A DNA stretch of 64,000 nucleotides from Amoebidium appalachense (taxonomy: Eukaryota; Protista; Ichthyosporea), in contig CAVNZM010000006.1 of assembly GCA_963693365.1 (NCBI GenBank), positions 248,001 through 312,000 on the forward strand, in the 5' to 3' direction. This document shows positions 1 to 18,439 of this stretch, piece by piece (the stretch's first letter is position 1; each line of letters begins with the position of its first letter). The position numbers and the translations under genes were made by a program. Below the pieces are notes generated by a model. The model was given only the letters and a program-made list of their open reading frames with translations, ran no database searches and was not told where the DNA came from.

Positions 1-1874
1 GGGTGCGCCTACTATCGCCCCGGGTTATATACCCGCCCCAGCTGGGACACGGGACACAGTTTTCTGATTGGCTCAGGCGGCTGCCTTTTTTTATCCCAGA
101 AGTCATCTCGGTGGTCTGAGGGGAGATAGTGCCACTGCCAGGGGATTTGGCAGCAGGTTGCACGGTTATATTTGAGAAAAACAAACATTTGAATGTGTTG
201 ATACAATTTTATTTTTTCTGAAGGAGAAACTGTTTTCTTTTCTCTTAGTAAGTAAAGTAGGTTCGATGACCTTTCACAGGTACTTACTTGGACCCGGCAA
301 TCTCCACGGTAAGTGCCCGGAGCCAATCAAAAAGCGCCAACTCATTGACTCAATTGCCCAACTTGCCAACAACTTCAAGATGCCATAGATGAGATGGACA
401 GCAACAAAGAGGTGACATGTTGTGTGAGTGTAGAACACAGCTGTACAATGTTACCTTGGCAATTATTTTTTAGGCCCGCGTAAAACGATATATATAGATA
501 TTGGATTTTGCGTTGTTAGCTACAAACTATTCTCATGTCTGTGTCTGGCTAGATATGATGGAAAAACACCAACTACTAGTAGCCTATATGGCGAATATCG
601 ATACGGTTAGACAATCTCGCTCCTATATAGATTCGTTTATTCATGATGTTGTGTCGTATAAATATGCAAAGATGATTATGTCTTGGCGTTGTTGGTGTCT
701 CCTGCTCGTATGTGTAATATGTGTGGGGGGCGGTTTACTCGCGGATGCATATCTATCAATAAGTGTGACCTGTTAGCTAATGTGGTAGAACCGGAGGTTA
801 TGGGCGGCTTCATTCTCTTTTCTACTTCTCTCCCCCAGTATATCCGTTATAAAATGACCGTGTTATATCACCTTATTAATGCTGCACACTATGATATTGT
901 GATACGGTGTCTTAACTTTCGGAGCTACCAATGCTAGCTTCTGCATATCCATGATCTATACTAGGGTTGTTTTAATGCATACAGTGTATGTCACTGGCTG
1001 CATTTGATTGGCTGCGCTGGAAAACGCAGTAGGCCATCAAGTGAGGCTTGTAGGCCCCTGACGATGTTCGCAATACAAAGTGCATAAAAAAAAAATATAT
1101 ATATATATATATATATGATGGACCATTGGACATAGAAAAAATAGTAGAAAGCAGTGCTCTTAAAGTTCTTATTGGCTAGCTTATTCAGCCAATCATCTTG
1201 CCGCCGTTGCCAATCTAGAGATCGGGATGCTCGAAAAACAGATGTAGCTTATTGATAAATGCTGTATACTATGTAACTTAAGCAAACAAAAAATAGTAAA
1301 TACAAAGACAGAGGAGCACGCTGGAAACTGCATTTATATTCTGCAGCTGGATGTTCTCAACTACCTCACGGACCAAGGTGAGCTTAGCACAGCAGCCAGC
1401 CAATCATAATCTCCGTCTCGTGAGCCTAGGTGCTGTCCAATCAGCTTGCGGGCTCTCCGCCACTATCGCTTTCTCACAAGAAATAGTGCTTAGATCTTGG
1501 GTTCTTTGTGATTGTTTTTTAATTTACGAATCCGTTCAAATCAGACTCAAAATCCAAAAAAGAACATTACTAAAGTGTTTCTATCGTACTAATCTCCTGC
1601 AAAATAAACTAAAAAATAATATTATATATTTAAAACAATTTAAAAACAAAGTATAACACTTAAGATCATGAAATAATTAGACCTCATGCGTTTATAAGAT
1701 ATCTTTTAATACAAACTGAATTTCTGAACCCCCCAAATGTATTCGGGAGCCGTTGGGTTTGGGGAGCTGAGAAAAACAAAAGATCCAGATATTCGATTCC
1801 GAAAGACAGAGCAACCAATAGGAATCGGCAACCTGGGAAAATTACGTACTTGCAAATTGTAAGCGGCTTTCGTG

Positions 1875-2075
1875 AAATTCATGACCGTTAAAGGGCTCGG
1901 GACTCCTGCAATAGTAATAATGTAATAATAATAAATGTGTTTGGCATGACAAAATAGGCCCGTCTCCATCTTGCCACTTATTATTATAACGTGGGATATC
2001 GTGGTGTGTGCACAGCCACTTCACGGTCGTGTCATATCAGCCTCTTGCAGTGTGGACCGGCGCCGAGTCTCTGCC
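1875..2075 (-). mobile_element. Degraded Tc1/mariner (IS630-like) transposase remnant
   Basis: The minus strand reads RDSAPVHTAR..TVKWLCTHHDIP..RSPEPFNGHEF. This resembles the QDxAPxHTAR / WL / SPDLNP segment of DDD/E transposases but is interrupted by a stop. Confidence 0.35.
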
Positions 2076-2242
2076 AGGGCGGGTACCGCCGGTTGCCCGA
2101 TCATGGTTTGAGTGGACCAGTGTGTGTGTGTGCAGCCAGGTCCGGGTTCGGATTTGGATGACGTAACGGGGTCAAATTCCACGTAGCAGATCAAAGACGT
2201 GTGCGATTAGGCCAAGGACGTCCGGAAATCGTCTAGGTGACC

Positions 2243-2305
2243 AAAAATGCAGCCTCCGGTCCGAAAAATTGAGAAGCATTTTTTTGGACCGGAGGCTGCG
2301 TTTTT
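2243..2305. repeat. Near-perfect inverted repeat (about 27-bp arms, short loop)
   Basis: aaaaatgcagcctccggtccgaaaaat ... attttttt ggaccggaggctgcgttttt; lies next to the transposase remnant. Confidence 0.7.
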
Positions 2306-3272
2306 AAGTCATTTGATTGGTCAAAACTTTTTGGTAAAGCAATATGATTGATATTAGATCACTATCGCGATATTCCAATAATCTTTTACAATTTTTGTGT
2401 AGCTTGTGCAACTTTTTGTGGTCAGCGCAAAATAGACTAAGCGTTTGTATAATGGTACTTTGAAAGGAAAAGGGCCGCCGAATTCGAAGTGGGAAATAGA
2501 GGTATCGACATGTATGTAGGAGAGGCATTTTTCCCAAAAGAAATTTTCTGTTTTTACTATATTCCTTAGCTTAAATTCTTCTAAGAAAATATGTTCAATA
2601 GTTTATTAGGGGCGGCGGCCGGGACATCCGGATGCAGCCAGCCGGCGGTCTGGATGGATCCGCCGCCAACCGCATCTGGACTGCCGCAGGCTGGAATACA
2701 GGCTGCGATTTCAAAAAACCCATCTGGACCTGGACCTGGCTATTCACACTGGTCCAGTGAGGGGAGGTTGCAGGTGCAGGGGTGTGACATACACGAAGCA
2801 AGGGATGCATGACACTTTCTCTACTACCAGTGTTGACGCATCCATTTCATTGTGGCGTGTGCATGCTTTCGTGTGCATGCTTTCGTTGCAAGCACGTATA
2901 CATATGCCCACCGAGCTCGAGGTATACGGCCTCCCCTCATGACACACCAGCACTGCGGGGCACTAACTAATAGTAGTACTGCCCGACATGCATGATTCCA
3001 TGCGGGTACGGTGTTTCAATGCACCCACGTGCGCGGTTTGTTCTAGCTGCTGCCCAGCCGCACTAGAGCCGCACTAGTTCGTGCCATGTGCTGTCAGGGC
3101 GTGTCAGCACAGGCTCCGAGCCCGGCTGAGGCGCAGGGCATAAGCCCGCAGCAGCTAATTGCTGATAGCTGGCTGCTGCGTGCGTGCACGATACGGTGCT
3201 TGGGTGTCCGTCTTGGTAGCTGGCCAGTCACACGTGTGGTTGGTGCAGCCAAATCAGTGAAATCGAGGAGGT

Positions 3273-3316
<44 letters not shown>

Positions 3317-4266
3317 TTCTTCCCCTTTTCCGTTTCCCTGCTCCCCATCTCCCCGCCACAAAAAGAAAGGGCAAACAAAAAATCAGAAAATTTAAAGAGG
3401 AAAGGTAACCGTTCCGCCGGCAGGGTGCCAGTCCGCACCGACACCGTCACCGGATGAGCAGCCCGGCGGTACGAGACAGCCATCATATGTAGCCTGAGCT
3501 ATAGCTGTAGTATGGATAGCGGCTGGAGCAGCCACAGGAAAATGATGCAGCTGGCTCGTCATTAGGAATCCCTGTTGGAGCTTTCGGGTAATTAATTAAC
3601 AGTCACATGCATGCTGTTACAGTATCTGAACTTGGGCACACGTGTGCAAACCAGACTGGTGGCCGAGACAGACCACAACGGTCACGGGCACATGTACACC
3701 ACCTATTACACACCCACTCGTGGATAGCTGTGTGCCAGTGGCACCACACTGACATGTCGGTAGCGCACGCACGGCACGTACACATACATGTACACCTGCA
3801 GTGTGCACATCATGATGTAGTAAGTAACTGTTTATAGTGGAGTGTTGATTGAACACGTGGATGTGCACACACACACAAGCAAATCGATTGCAATCGGTCA
3901 ATTTGAATTGCACACGCACACTCGTACACGCACACACGCACACACACACATGCCCACATGCACAAATGTGCACACACACACAAGCACACACAAACACACA
4001 CACACACACACACACACAGTGTCACACGCATGCACGCACAGGCGAACACACACGCACACACTTGTCTCCGAGTCGCTCGCGGTGGCCCGCATACACGCAA
4101 GTTGACTCACAAATTTGCACATTGTCAACCAAGATCTATGCCTGTTATCCTGATGTTTTTATTACTCCAGTCCCTGGCATACCCAAAACTTATTCCGGAA
4201 TCCAGTGCAGCGTGGCAAATAATAATCCTCAATGGTATATTGATATATTCGGGTCATTCATTCATA

Positions 4267-4299
<33 letters not shown>

Positions 4300-4403
4300 C
4301 CCCTTCCTTAATCCTTGACACAATAAAAAAAAAAAAAAAAAAAAAGAAAAGAAAAAAGACAAGACAAGGCAAACACACACGCACAAAAAAACCCGATTTC
4401 TGT

Positions 4404-9052
<4,649 letters not shown>

Positions 9053-9399
9053 CTGTAACCCCCAGCCTGTTAGCACGTGCTTGCATCTGCAACACACCAG
9101 CACTGGGTGGGCTTGCATAGCGCATGCTAAACAATGGAGTGCGGTAGTGGTCAGGCTTCGTCCTTGATATTTTAGTGCAGACGCATTAAAATATCTTTAA
9201 GTTTAACTCGCAAAAGGGGAGAAATATGGTGGTACTTGCAAAAGAAAGAGCCCCCAATATCTGCAGAATATGTTGGTGTGGAGTTTGTATGTGTTTGCGC
9301 ATACTTCAAACAAAGCAGTGACACATACTGCCATAATTTTAACCTCACATTGGAATGATCAAGTGTTACGTCCCGGTATTTTCATGCTTTTTGCTTGGA

Positions 9400-9432
<33 letters not shown>

Positions 9433-10241
9433 ACACACACACCACCACCACCACCAAAAAAAAACAGAAAGAAAGAAAGAAAGAAAAAGGAAAAAAAGAA
9501 GAAAATAGATTGGGGGGGAGGGGGGAGGGGAGAAGGGTGAGGGAATGAGGGATACTAAAGACATGTGGAAGATTATGCATACTGCGACACCAAAATATAT
9601 CATTGTCTGGATCCTGTCGTTGCAGTCAACCCCGATAGTACCTCTAGGTATCCCCCCCCCACCCTCCCCCCACCCCCCTTCTTCTTGGGGAAAAAAAAAA
9701 AAAAAAAAAACAACGCACACCACATCGGCAGCCCTCCCCCCCCCCCCCCCCCTTCTCCCCCGCCCCCTCACCCCCCCAGGGGCCCTTCTCCCCTCACCCC
9801 CCTCCCCCCCCCCCCCCCCCCCCCCCGGCGCCCCCCTCCCCCTCCCCCCCCCCCCCCAAAAAAAAAAAAAAAAAGAAAAGGAACATGAAAAATAGAAACA
9901 GAGCGAGTGCATAACCTCCCCCCCCCCCCCCCCTCCCCCCGCCCCCCACGTTCATACGGTACCGCTGCCTTCCTGGCCTACCCTCATAACCCCCACACCA
10001 GACACATATAGGTATGCAAAAACAAACACCCGTGTGCAAGCACACACACCAAAACACAAGCACACAAACAATCATAACAAAACGACCCCTTGTGTGTGTC
10101 TGTGTGTGTGTACGTGTGTGGTGTGAGTGTGTGTGTAAGTGTGTGTGTGTGTGCACTTTGTAGCTGTTATGCCCTTGGGCGGGCGCGCTGGTGAGCGGGC
10201 GGGTAGGCGGCCGGGGGAAGGGGGGAGGGGGGGGGGGGGGG

Positions 10242-10433
10242 TTTAAATGCGTCATAAAGTACGAAGTACACAAGAACAACGGATTACACGATGCAGAATG
10301 CAAATTATACATAAGGAGTATGCATAATAAGCAGAGCCCATCCTCAGGGGGGGCCACGTCATCCACAGTACCCGAGTTTCGACCCATTCACCTCGTTAAC
10401 GAAACCCAACTCAGATACTGTTTCACTTAAACA
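10242..10433 (+). mobile_element. G-run-anchored dispersed repeat, subfamily 1
   Basis: Highly similar to 35392-35545 and to the reverse complement of 55471-55560; G-runs on both sides. Confidence 0.8.
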
Positions 10434-10536
10434 GGGGGGGGGGGGGGGGGGGGCGGCATACATCCAGGGGCATTTGGTAGCGACCCCTTCGGCCAACAGC
10501 CGCTGAGAAACACTCTGGCCTGCACGACTGCCCATG

Positions 10537-10646
<110 letters not shown>

Positions 10647-10894
10647 ATGAACATGTGCGTGTGCGTGTGCGTGTGTGCGTGCGTGTATGTGTGTGTGTGC
10701 GTGTGCAAAAAACCGAGGACTGTCAAAATCGTCGCAAACCCAAGCACTCACTTACAGGTACCTAGGGGAGAAAGAAGGGAGGCTTGGAAAGAGGAGTCAG
10801 AAACACTATACTAGAACCTATCTCTTTCGTCTCTCTCTTCCTTTCTCTGTCTCGGTCTCTTTCACACACGCTGGCGCGCGCACACACACACACA

Positions 10895-10946
<52 letters not shown>

Positions 10947-11846
10947 CCCCCCCGCCCCCCCCCAATCTCTAAGCCCCCCTCTCCCCCCCCCCCACCCTCT
11001 CCCAAACTTTCTCACATAGGCCCCCCCTCCCCATCTCTATCTCGTATCAATCTCTTCGGTCTCTCTCCCCCCCCCCCCCCCCCCCCCTGCTTTTCCCGCT
11101 CACTCCCCCCCCTCGGGCCCGCCACTGTGACCCCTCCCCCCCCCACACACACACCCGCCCTTCCCTCCCCATCCCCATCTCTGCCTCACCCGTCACCTCC
11201 GCCCTCCAGAACTAGTATAATAGTAGAAGGATGAGCACGGAACGGTTGGAAGAGGGAGCAAGGGAGTGTGAAGGTGGCCTGAGAGCACGGAGAATGAGGC
11301 TTGCAGATGGCAGACAAGGTGCAAAAACAGGTGACAGCCATACGTGCACAGTCCCGGTGCTCGCGTACACGTGCACGCGCATACACACGTATGCACCTAC
11401 CGTATTGTTGCTGCCTGCTAACACCCACAGAGCCATGAAGCAAACTGAACAGGCTGAGTTGTCAGTGAGTCACTGGATCCAAGCCACGGTGATTGCGCAA
11501 ACGCTCGAGTAGTCTTTGCTTCAACGTCACTTTCCATCTCTGGAGTCCGAAAAAATGAGCCGTAGGGCTACACTTATAGACTAGGCTCACAGCATGCTGG
11601 GCCGTGATCATGAGTTGCGCGCGCTTTCTTTTCTTAGTCATGCGAGCAAGTGGCACTGAAAAACAAGGTCTGGGTAGACTCGCTCAAAGTTTTCAGCTAC
11701 TTCGGGCCATAGAGCCAGCGCCCTGCTTCTGTCCGACACACACACACACGCACACGCACACACACGTACGCACACGTACGCACAAACGCGCGCGCACACA
11801 CACACACCACACACACACACAGACAGAGACACACACACACGCCCGG

Positions 11847-12340
11847 ATGGCGTTCTTTGCCCGTGCCCGCACACGCAACGCCGTGGTCGTGGGGTTGATA
11901 GTGGGCGGCATGGCCGTTGCTGTCTTCACTGTGGCCGTGGCTCCAGCCCTGCACGCAGACGAATACCGTAAGTGTTGGGGGATGGATGGAGGGGATGGGG
12001 GGAAAGTTATGGGGCGAGGGGGTGGCAAGGGGGGAAAGGGGAGAAGAAAGGAAGCAGGGGCGGGGGTGGGCGTGTGTGTGGGGGGGGGGGGGGGGGGGGG
12101 GGGGTGGGAAGGAGGGGGGGGGTATCGAGTCTATTGTGAACCTGGTCATCCGTGCGCGCGGCTTTATGGTGTTATGTCATATGTCGGTTACAAATACGCA
12201 CTGGTGTCTGCAGGCACAGGCACATAGAAACATCTTGCAGTGCCACACATCCATGCCCACCGGCCCAGGTAGCCGAAAACACACACGCTCTTAGATGCGC
12301 ACGTGCACAGTCGCTTACACACAGACTTATACGTTCACAG

Positions 12341-12372
<32 letters not shown>

Positions 12373-12431
12373 GTGTTCACTTACTCGCTCGAACACGCAC
12401 ACACGCACACGCACATGCGTACACGCGCGCA

Positions 12432-12474
<43 letters not shown>

Positions 12475-13230
12475 ACACACACACACACACACATACACAG
12501 ACACACGCATGCACACTCTAGAACACGCAAATCCACACCCAGACTGGCTTTTATGGGTTGAGTCATGCACGAGAGAGAGAGAGAGAGTAGGGGTGGAAAA
12601 GGCGGGAGTGTAGGGGACGGGGGGGGGGGGTGGTAGCGGAGGGGGGGGGCAGCGTAGAGATTTGGGGCTGGGAGAAGGAAGGTGTTGAGAGAATGAAGGT
12701 GCTGTTTTGTGTGTGTATACGGGTGTGCCTGTTTGTGTGCTGCCTGAAACGTGGACGGAAAAGAGGTTCTCGGGAACAGGGAAAAGGTAGTCACGATTAT
12801 TCCTTTTCCAAAAAGAATATAAAAGAGGGCTTGTGTGGCTGAGATAACACCGTGCTAAGAGGTGCCTTTTGGGGGGGGGGGGAGAGAAGGCACGGGGAGG
12901 GGGGGAGGGGGGGGGGGGGGGGGGGGGGGGCTGTGAGGGAGGGGGCAGGAGCAATCAGCAAAAAGTAGTGGAAGGGACTTGGAAAATGTTTTTGCCATGC
13001 AATCCCCCTCCCCCCCCCCCCCCCCAACCCACCCACCCTCCCTCCTCCCGCCTTTTTTTTGGGGGGGGGCAGGGGGAAGATTTTTTTGGGGGGGAGGGGG
13101 GGGGAAGCAAGGTGTTGTAGGAAAAAAACTTTTGGTTTGTGTGGTCTCAACTCCGTCATTTTGCGGATATGACTCGTCTGACCGGTAAAGGGGGTGGGGG
13201 GAGGGGGAGGAGGGGATGCAGCGAGGGGAG

Positions 13231-13275
<45 letters not shown>

Positions 13276-14392
13276 GGGGAGGGGGGAGGGGGGGGTGCTG
13301 CTGATGTCACCTTTGTCCGTTCCTCTTTACATTTCTCAAAGGAGAAGGTTGGGGAGAGGATTTGAGTTAAGGCATGTCTTCGTTTGTTGCAGCGGAAGGA
13401 AGGTGTAAACAGTGTTGTTTTTTCATTGGACCGACACGGGAGGGGTGGGTTTGCCAATGTGTGTGTGGTGACCTGTTGTCCCCCCATATCCCCAATCTTC
13501 ACAGGGCAAATGCAGGCAGCAAACAAAAAGCAAATGGACGCAAAGTCGGCCCAGCAGGGAGGTGGGTCGGACCCTCAAACCCCATTCACCGAGGGAAAAA
13601 AAAATATAAAAAAAATAGAGAAAATATGGGGAAACTGGCACACATGACTCACAGCAAGAAGGGAAAAGGTCACTTGCCTTAAGTAACTGGATAATCGAGC
13701 GAGCTTTGTAACACACAGTCATGCATACACGCGTAACTTCATTTTGGCTACATGGCAACCCCCTCCCCCTTCCCCTCCCCCCCCCCCTTCCCCCCTTCCC
13801 CCCCCCCCCCCCCTCCCCCCTCCCGTGTATTAAAGGACTTACTGATTACAATATTGATGGCCACCTCTCCCCCCCCTCCTCCCCTACAGCTCCCTCGCCT
13901 GCCACCCCCGTTATGACCCCTGTACATGCAACTGCACACACAGTGAGGGGAACACACTAGAATTGGACTCGATCGTGCACACACCCATCTCATCATCTAT
14001 CACCCAAGGATTGAGCACCCCACGCAATGCCATGCTACGAATGCACATACACCGATAGATATGTCACTTTGATCCTACGGTGCAGCCTGCAGTAGTTCAG
14101 AGGCACACACAACACACACACATGCACACACGTACATAGGCAGGCGTGTGCCGAGGGCGCATTCACATGTCTACACGCGCACACACACACACATGCACCC
14201 ACACATATGCGAGTACGTACCCACACATGTAATGTCGACACCCTGACGTATCCCCGCCCCCCTCCCTCCCTCCCTCCCCCCCCCCCCCCCCCCCCCTTCC
14301 CCCCGCCGCCGCCCCTCGCCCCACCCGCACACACACACACAGGCACCGGCATGCGAGAATGGAGCAACCCGTTTGCACCCCGTAAAGAATGA
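11847..14392 (+). CDS. SMIM20: Small integral membrane protein 20 (MITRAC7)-like, 3 exons
   Basis: The spliced product is MAFFARARTRNAVVVGLIVGGMAVAVFTVAVAPALHADEYR/QMQAANKKQMDAKSAQQGG/TGMREWSNPFAPRKE. A single TM segment, EY and a C-terminal WSxPF match the SMIM20 family. Confidence 0.75.
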
Positions 14393-14738
14393 GTGCAGAG
14401 GTTTTGAGCTGCACGTGCCATGGGGTGGCCGGGGGCGGAGCAGGGAGCAGGTGCACACACACATGAAAAAAGACATGTGCACACACACACAGACACAAAC
14501 ACATATACACACACAGACCCACCACAAAGCCTTGCTGGTGTACAGCACACAGTGCAAACAGACACAACCATACCCGGTTTTGTTGTACTTTTGAATGATC
14601 AATCAGCCTTTTTGGTCAAAGGCCATCGGTGCCAATATAAGGCAGCTGGACTGCCACAATGTTAACATTACTTCTTGTCGGCTACATATACCTGTCCTTC
14701 CTGTCCGGGCCCTTTCATATGCGTGTGGGTGCACACAT

Positions 14739-14777
<39 letters not shown>

Positions 14778-15619
14778 CAAGCACGCAAACACACACGTTC
14801 GGGCGCGCGCACACATGCGGGCATACACACATACACATACACATACACACGAGCTTACACATATGCTTGCGCACACGCACACACACGGTGACACACACTC
14901 ACTCACTCGCGCGCGCGCACACACACACGTGTGTGGGGTGGGGGGAGGGGAAGGGGAGGGGGGGGGGGGGGGGGGGGGGAGGGAGGGATCCATAACACGT
15001 ATCTATTCAGAGGTGCACCCCCAATCGGTATCCCCCTAATATCAGTAACGTTATAAAAAGAAAACACGCAAAGTGTCTGCAAAACAGATAGTGAACACGC
15101 GTACAAACTAGCCTATGGTATAGTTTTGATTTTGAGACCTAGATAAGGATATATCACCCATCTCCCCCCACCACCCCTCCCCCCCTCCCCCCTTCCCCCC
15201 CACACACCCACCCACCCCACCCTCACCCCCCACCCTCCCCCTCTTCCTCCTCCTCCTTTTACTGCCCAATTGCATCCAACAATATGGACAAATAAAGCAC
15301 ATGTTTTCGTCACCATAGCATGCAACACGTGCACAGCACTGACTCTGACTGTAGGGGCTCTTGGTCGCGATCGAACGCCATGTGTTTTGTGATCACATGA
15401 GCCTAAAACAACACCTATACAATAGCTCGTGTGCACACTGCCGGCAGTCTTGACCACATGTGGGTAGATTTTTTTTATATAAGTAAAGAAAAATCTATGG
15501 TCGGGGCATCAGACAGGGCTACGAATGGATATAAAGTACAACTGCAATAGACACATGTGCAGCGAGATCGTCGCTTAGCTATAAATAGGCTCAACGGGTA
15601 AATTCAACAAAGAATGATG

Positions 15620-15681
<62 letters not shown>

Positions 15682-15859
15682 GTCTGCGCGCGCACACATA
15701 CGCATGCGTGCTGCTGTGTGCGTGTGTGTGCACGTGCATAGTATGTGCATGCGTGTGCGTGTGGCCTGGACCAAATTCTCCACCTGTGCCAGCACTCCCT
15801 CAACGGTTGAGAGCTTATTAAATATACCTCACACCTGACCACTCCCAGTCATTCCCCCT

Positions 15860-16908
15860 CTACTTTTCCTTCTTCCCCGCCTGCACGCCACCCTGCCCTG
15901 TTCCAATAGCCGCATACTGCAGGGCCACACCAATCACACAGGCCCCAGCCAGCAGCACGTGACCCTGCCCTATGACCACACAGTCTTCCACTGCCTTCGA
16001 TCCTGCAACCAGCCTCTCCTGGGCCGGCACCAGTTGGAAGGCAAATAGGGGCACGGTCAGGGCAAGAACCAATAGGGTCACGTGGTCGGCCCAGCACCTT
16101 CTCTGCAGCCACGTGGCACCTGCACACAGCACGAGCACCACCACGGCACACGGCACAAGCACCGTGCCCAGGGTGCTGGGGGCAGTGACCGAGTAGTAGG
16201 CACTGGCACGCTGCGCTGCCGCCTGCTGCTCGGGTGACCCAGGCTCTGGGGGGATAGGTTCGGTCAGTAAGGGTGGGGGTGGTGGTGGTGAGGCTGCGTG
16301 TGGTGCACGTGTGTCTGTCCCACGCGCACGTGTGTGTGTGTGTCGAGTGGCGGAGGCCGGGTCGAGGGTTGTAGTAGGGGTGATCGCCGTTTTACACGAA
16401 ATCATTGACCATGATCGCCCGAGGGTGGTGGGGGGAATGGGGGGAGGGGGGAGGGGGGGAGGGGGAGGGGGGGGGGGAGGGGGGGGGGGGGGCTGCTAAT
16501 CCAAACTTTTTTTGGGGGGGGGGGGAGGAGGGGAGGGGGGGAGGAGGGTGGGGGAGAGAGGGTGGGGGGAGGGGGGAGGATGCAAGAGCAACATCTTTTG
16601 CATTTTGCAAGGGATCGGCAGAGGGCGGGCTGCGAAGAAGGCACGCACAACAGCAGTTGTCTGCTGCAGCAGGTGAGCACAAACAGTATGAACAAGGGGT
16701 ACTAGTGAACAATGAATCTGGACAATGAGGGCTAGAGTGCCGCCGATGTCTATTGCGCAGCTGTGCGCGGATGTATGGCTGTGTGCATGTGCTTGTGTTG
16801 TGAGCACTCACCAGCAAGCAGAACCTGCAGGTCGAAGGTGAGGTCGATGGATATAATCCCTAGCAGCAGCACAAGCACAAAGGCGGCCTCACGCGAGGGG
16901 AACTGCAT
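15860..16908 (-). CDS. Multi-pass membrane protein, tentatively SHR3-chaperone-like, 2 exons
   Basis: MQFPSREAAFVLVLLLGIISIDLTFDLQVLLA is spliced (gtgagt...cccccag) to EPGSPEQQAAAQRASAYYSVT.., giving about 4 hydrophobic segments. The family call comes from recalled motif similarity (D.xFDxQV, AYY) only. Confidence 0.6.
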
Positions 16909-18124
16909 CGTGCTGGTAATAAGAAGTAAAACAAGAGGTAATAAGTAACGTCTTACTGCACGGGTATGCAGTATATAAATAGCTGCTGCGCACGGGTTTG
17001 TGGGGCTACCGCACAACTGCTGGGTGGCCTCACCGCGTTAGGTCCCCTCTGGAGCTGCCTCGGACTGTCGGACACTAACAGGTAGAACCGACAGCTAGTG
17101 CGGGCCAAATACACGCGCCGTCAATATGTTTTCCTTGATGCGGCCCTTGGTGGCCTACAAAAACAAAAAGGTTATGCACACCAAACAAACCACGCCACAT
17201 ACTGTTGCTGCTACAAACATTTTTTTTTTTTTTTTCTTTAGTGTGGCTCACAGACCTACTATGACGTCACAGGCAGCCAATCACCTGCACGGTGCTCTAT
17301 CGTCCAATCATTTTAAATTTAAACTTGCGCAAGTAATGTAAACAAAAAATGCGCTTTGATTGGCCAATGGCATACCAGCCGATTACCAGCCGATTTTTCC
17401 GCAGCTCTCGCAGACACTACTAACCTGCCAGTCTACATTCAATCCCAAAAGCACGTCCGAACACCAAAAGAGTGCTCACGCACCATTGCCATACCATAAT
17501 TCCTAGCTAGGATCGAGGTGGCAGAGGGGGTAGGTAGAAGTGGCTGAACAAGGTGACCTGACGTGAGGAACTTCACTGTGAGGCTGGCATACAGTGTGGC
17601 GAAGGCAGGCACGCAGTCACGTGCACGCACAGACCCAGCTCCAGCACGTGCTATGTCATGACCCTCCTGCGTGCTCTCATCCGTACGGTCTCCCACGCTA
17701 GGTATGTGCCTTACACGCAGAGAAGAGAAACAGGCAACCCACTCGACCCTGACATGTCAGTTGTGTATGCTCTGTTTGCAAATCTAATAATTGTTGGTAC
17801 ATTGTGAAAGCATTTATTCAAGTCTCCGCGCGTCTCTCTGAATAAATATTGGGTCGATTGGTGCCAACATCTATCTCCCCCAAACCCTTTTTGTCTTGTC
17901 TGCACAACCACAGTTCGTTCGTAGTTCTGCGTACGTGCCCTTCGTCCAACGATCACGAGCTCCTTAGCTCACCAAAAACTTCAATAACATAATGTTTTAA
18001 AACCTTTTTACCACTCTGATGTTCAGCGATCTATCTGTTACCTCCATAGACCACCCCACTGCACCACATTTGTCCTTATCCCCGCCCCAGCACAGGGCGG
18101 TTCTATTCTCTCCCTCGCTGCACC

Positions 18125-18383
18125 ATGGCCACCCACGTAGGTTTCCCCGCTGAGTGGGGTAAGAGGGTGGTGGCGGCAGACCCTCAGGGCACCCTGGCCA
18201 AGGTGAAGAGCCTACAGACAGAGGGGTTGGGGGGGCTGCAGGTCATAACGGACTTCGACCGAACCCTGACCATGTACAAGGTGGGTGTGGATACATGCGT
18301 GTGTGGGGGAGGGGGAGGGGGGAGGGGGGGGAGGAGTGAGAGGTGTGGGTCGTATGGGTGTGGGTGTGGTTGCAGGTGTGTAT

Positions 18384-18439
<56 letters not shown>

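Noticed and set aside
2606-2745. hAT-like MITE end (TAGGG followed by atccgg/atctgg subrepeats)
   Set aside because: No matching opposite terminus or target-site duplication was found.
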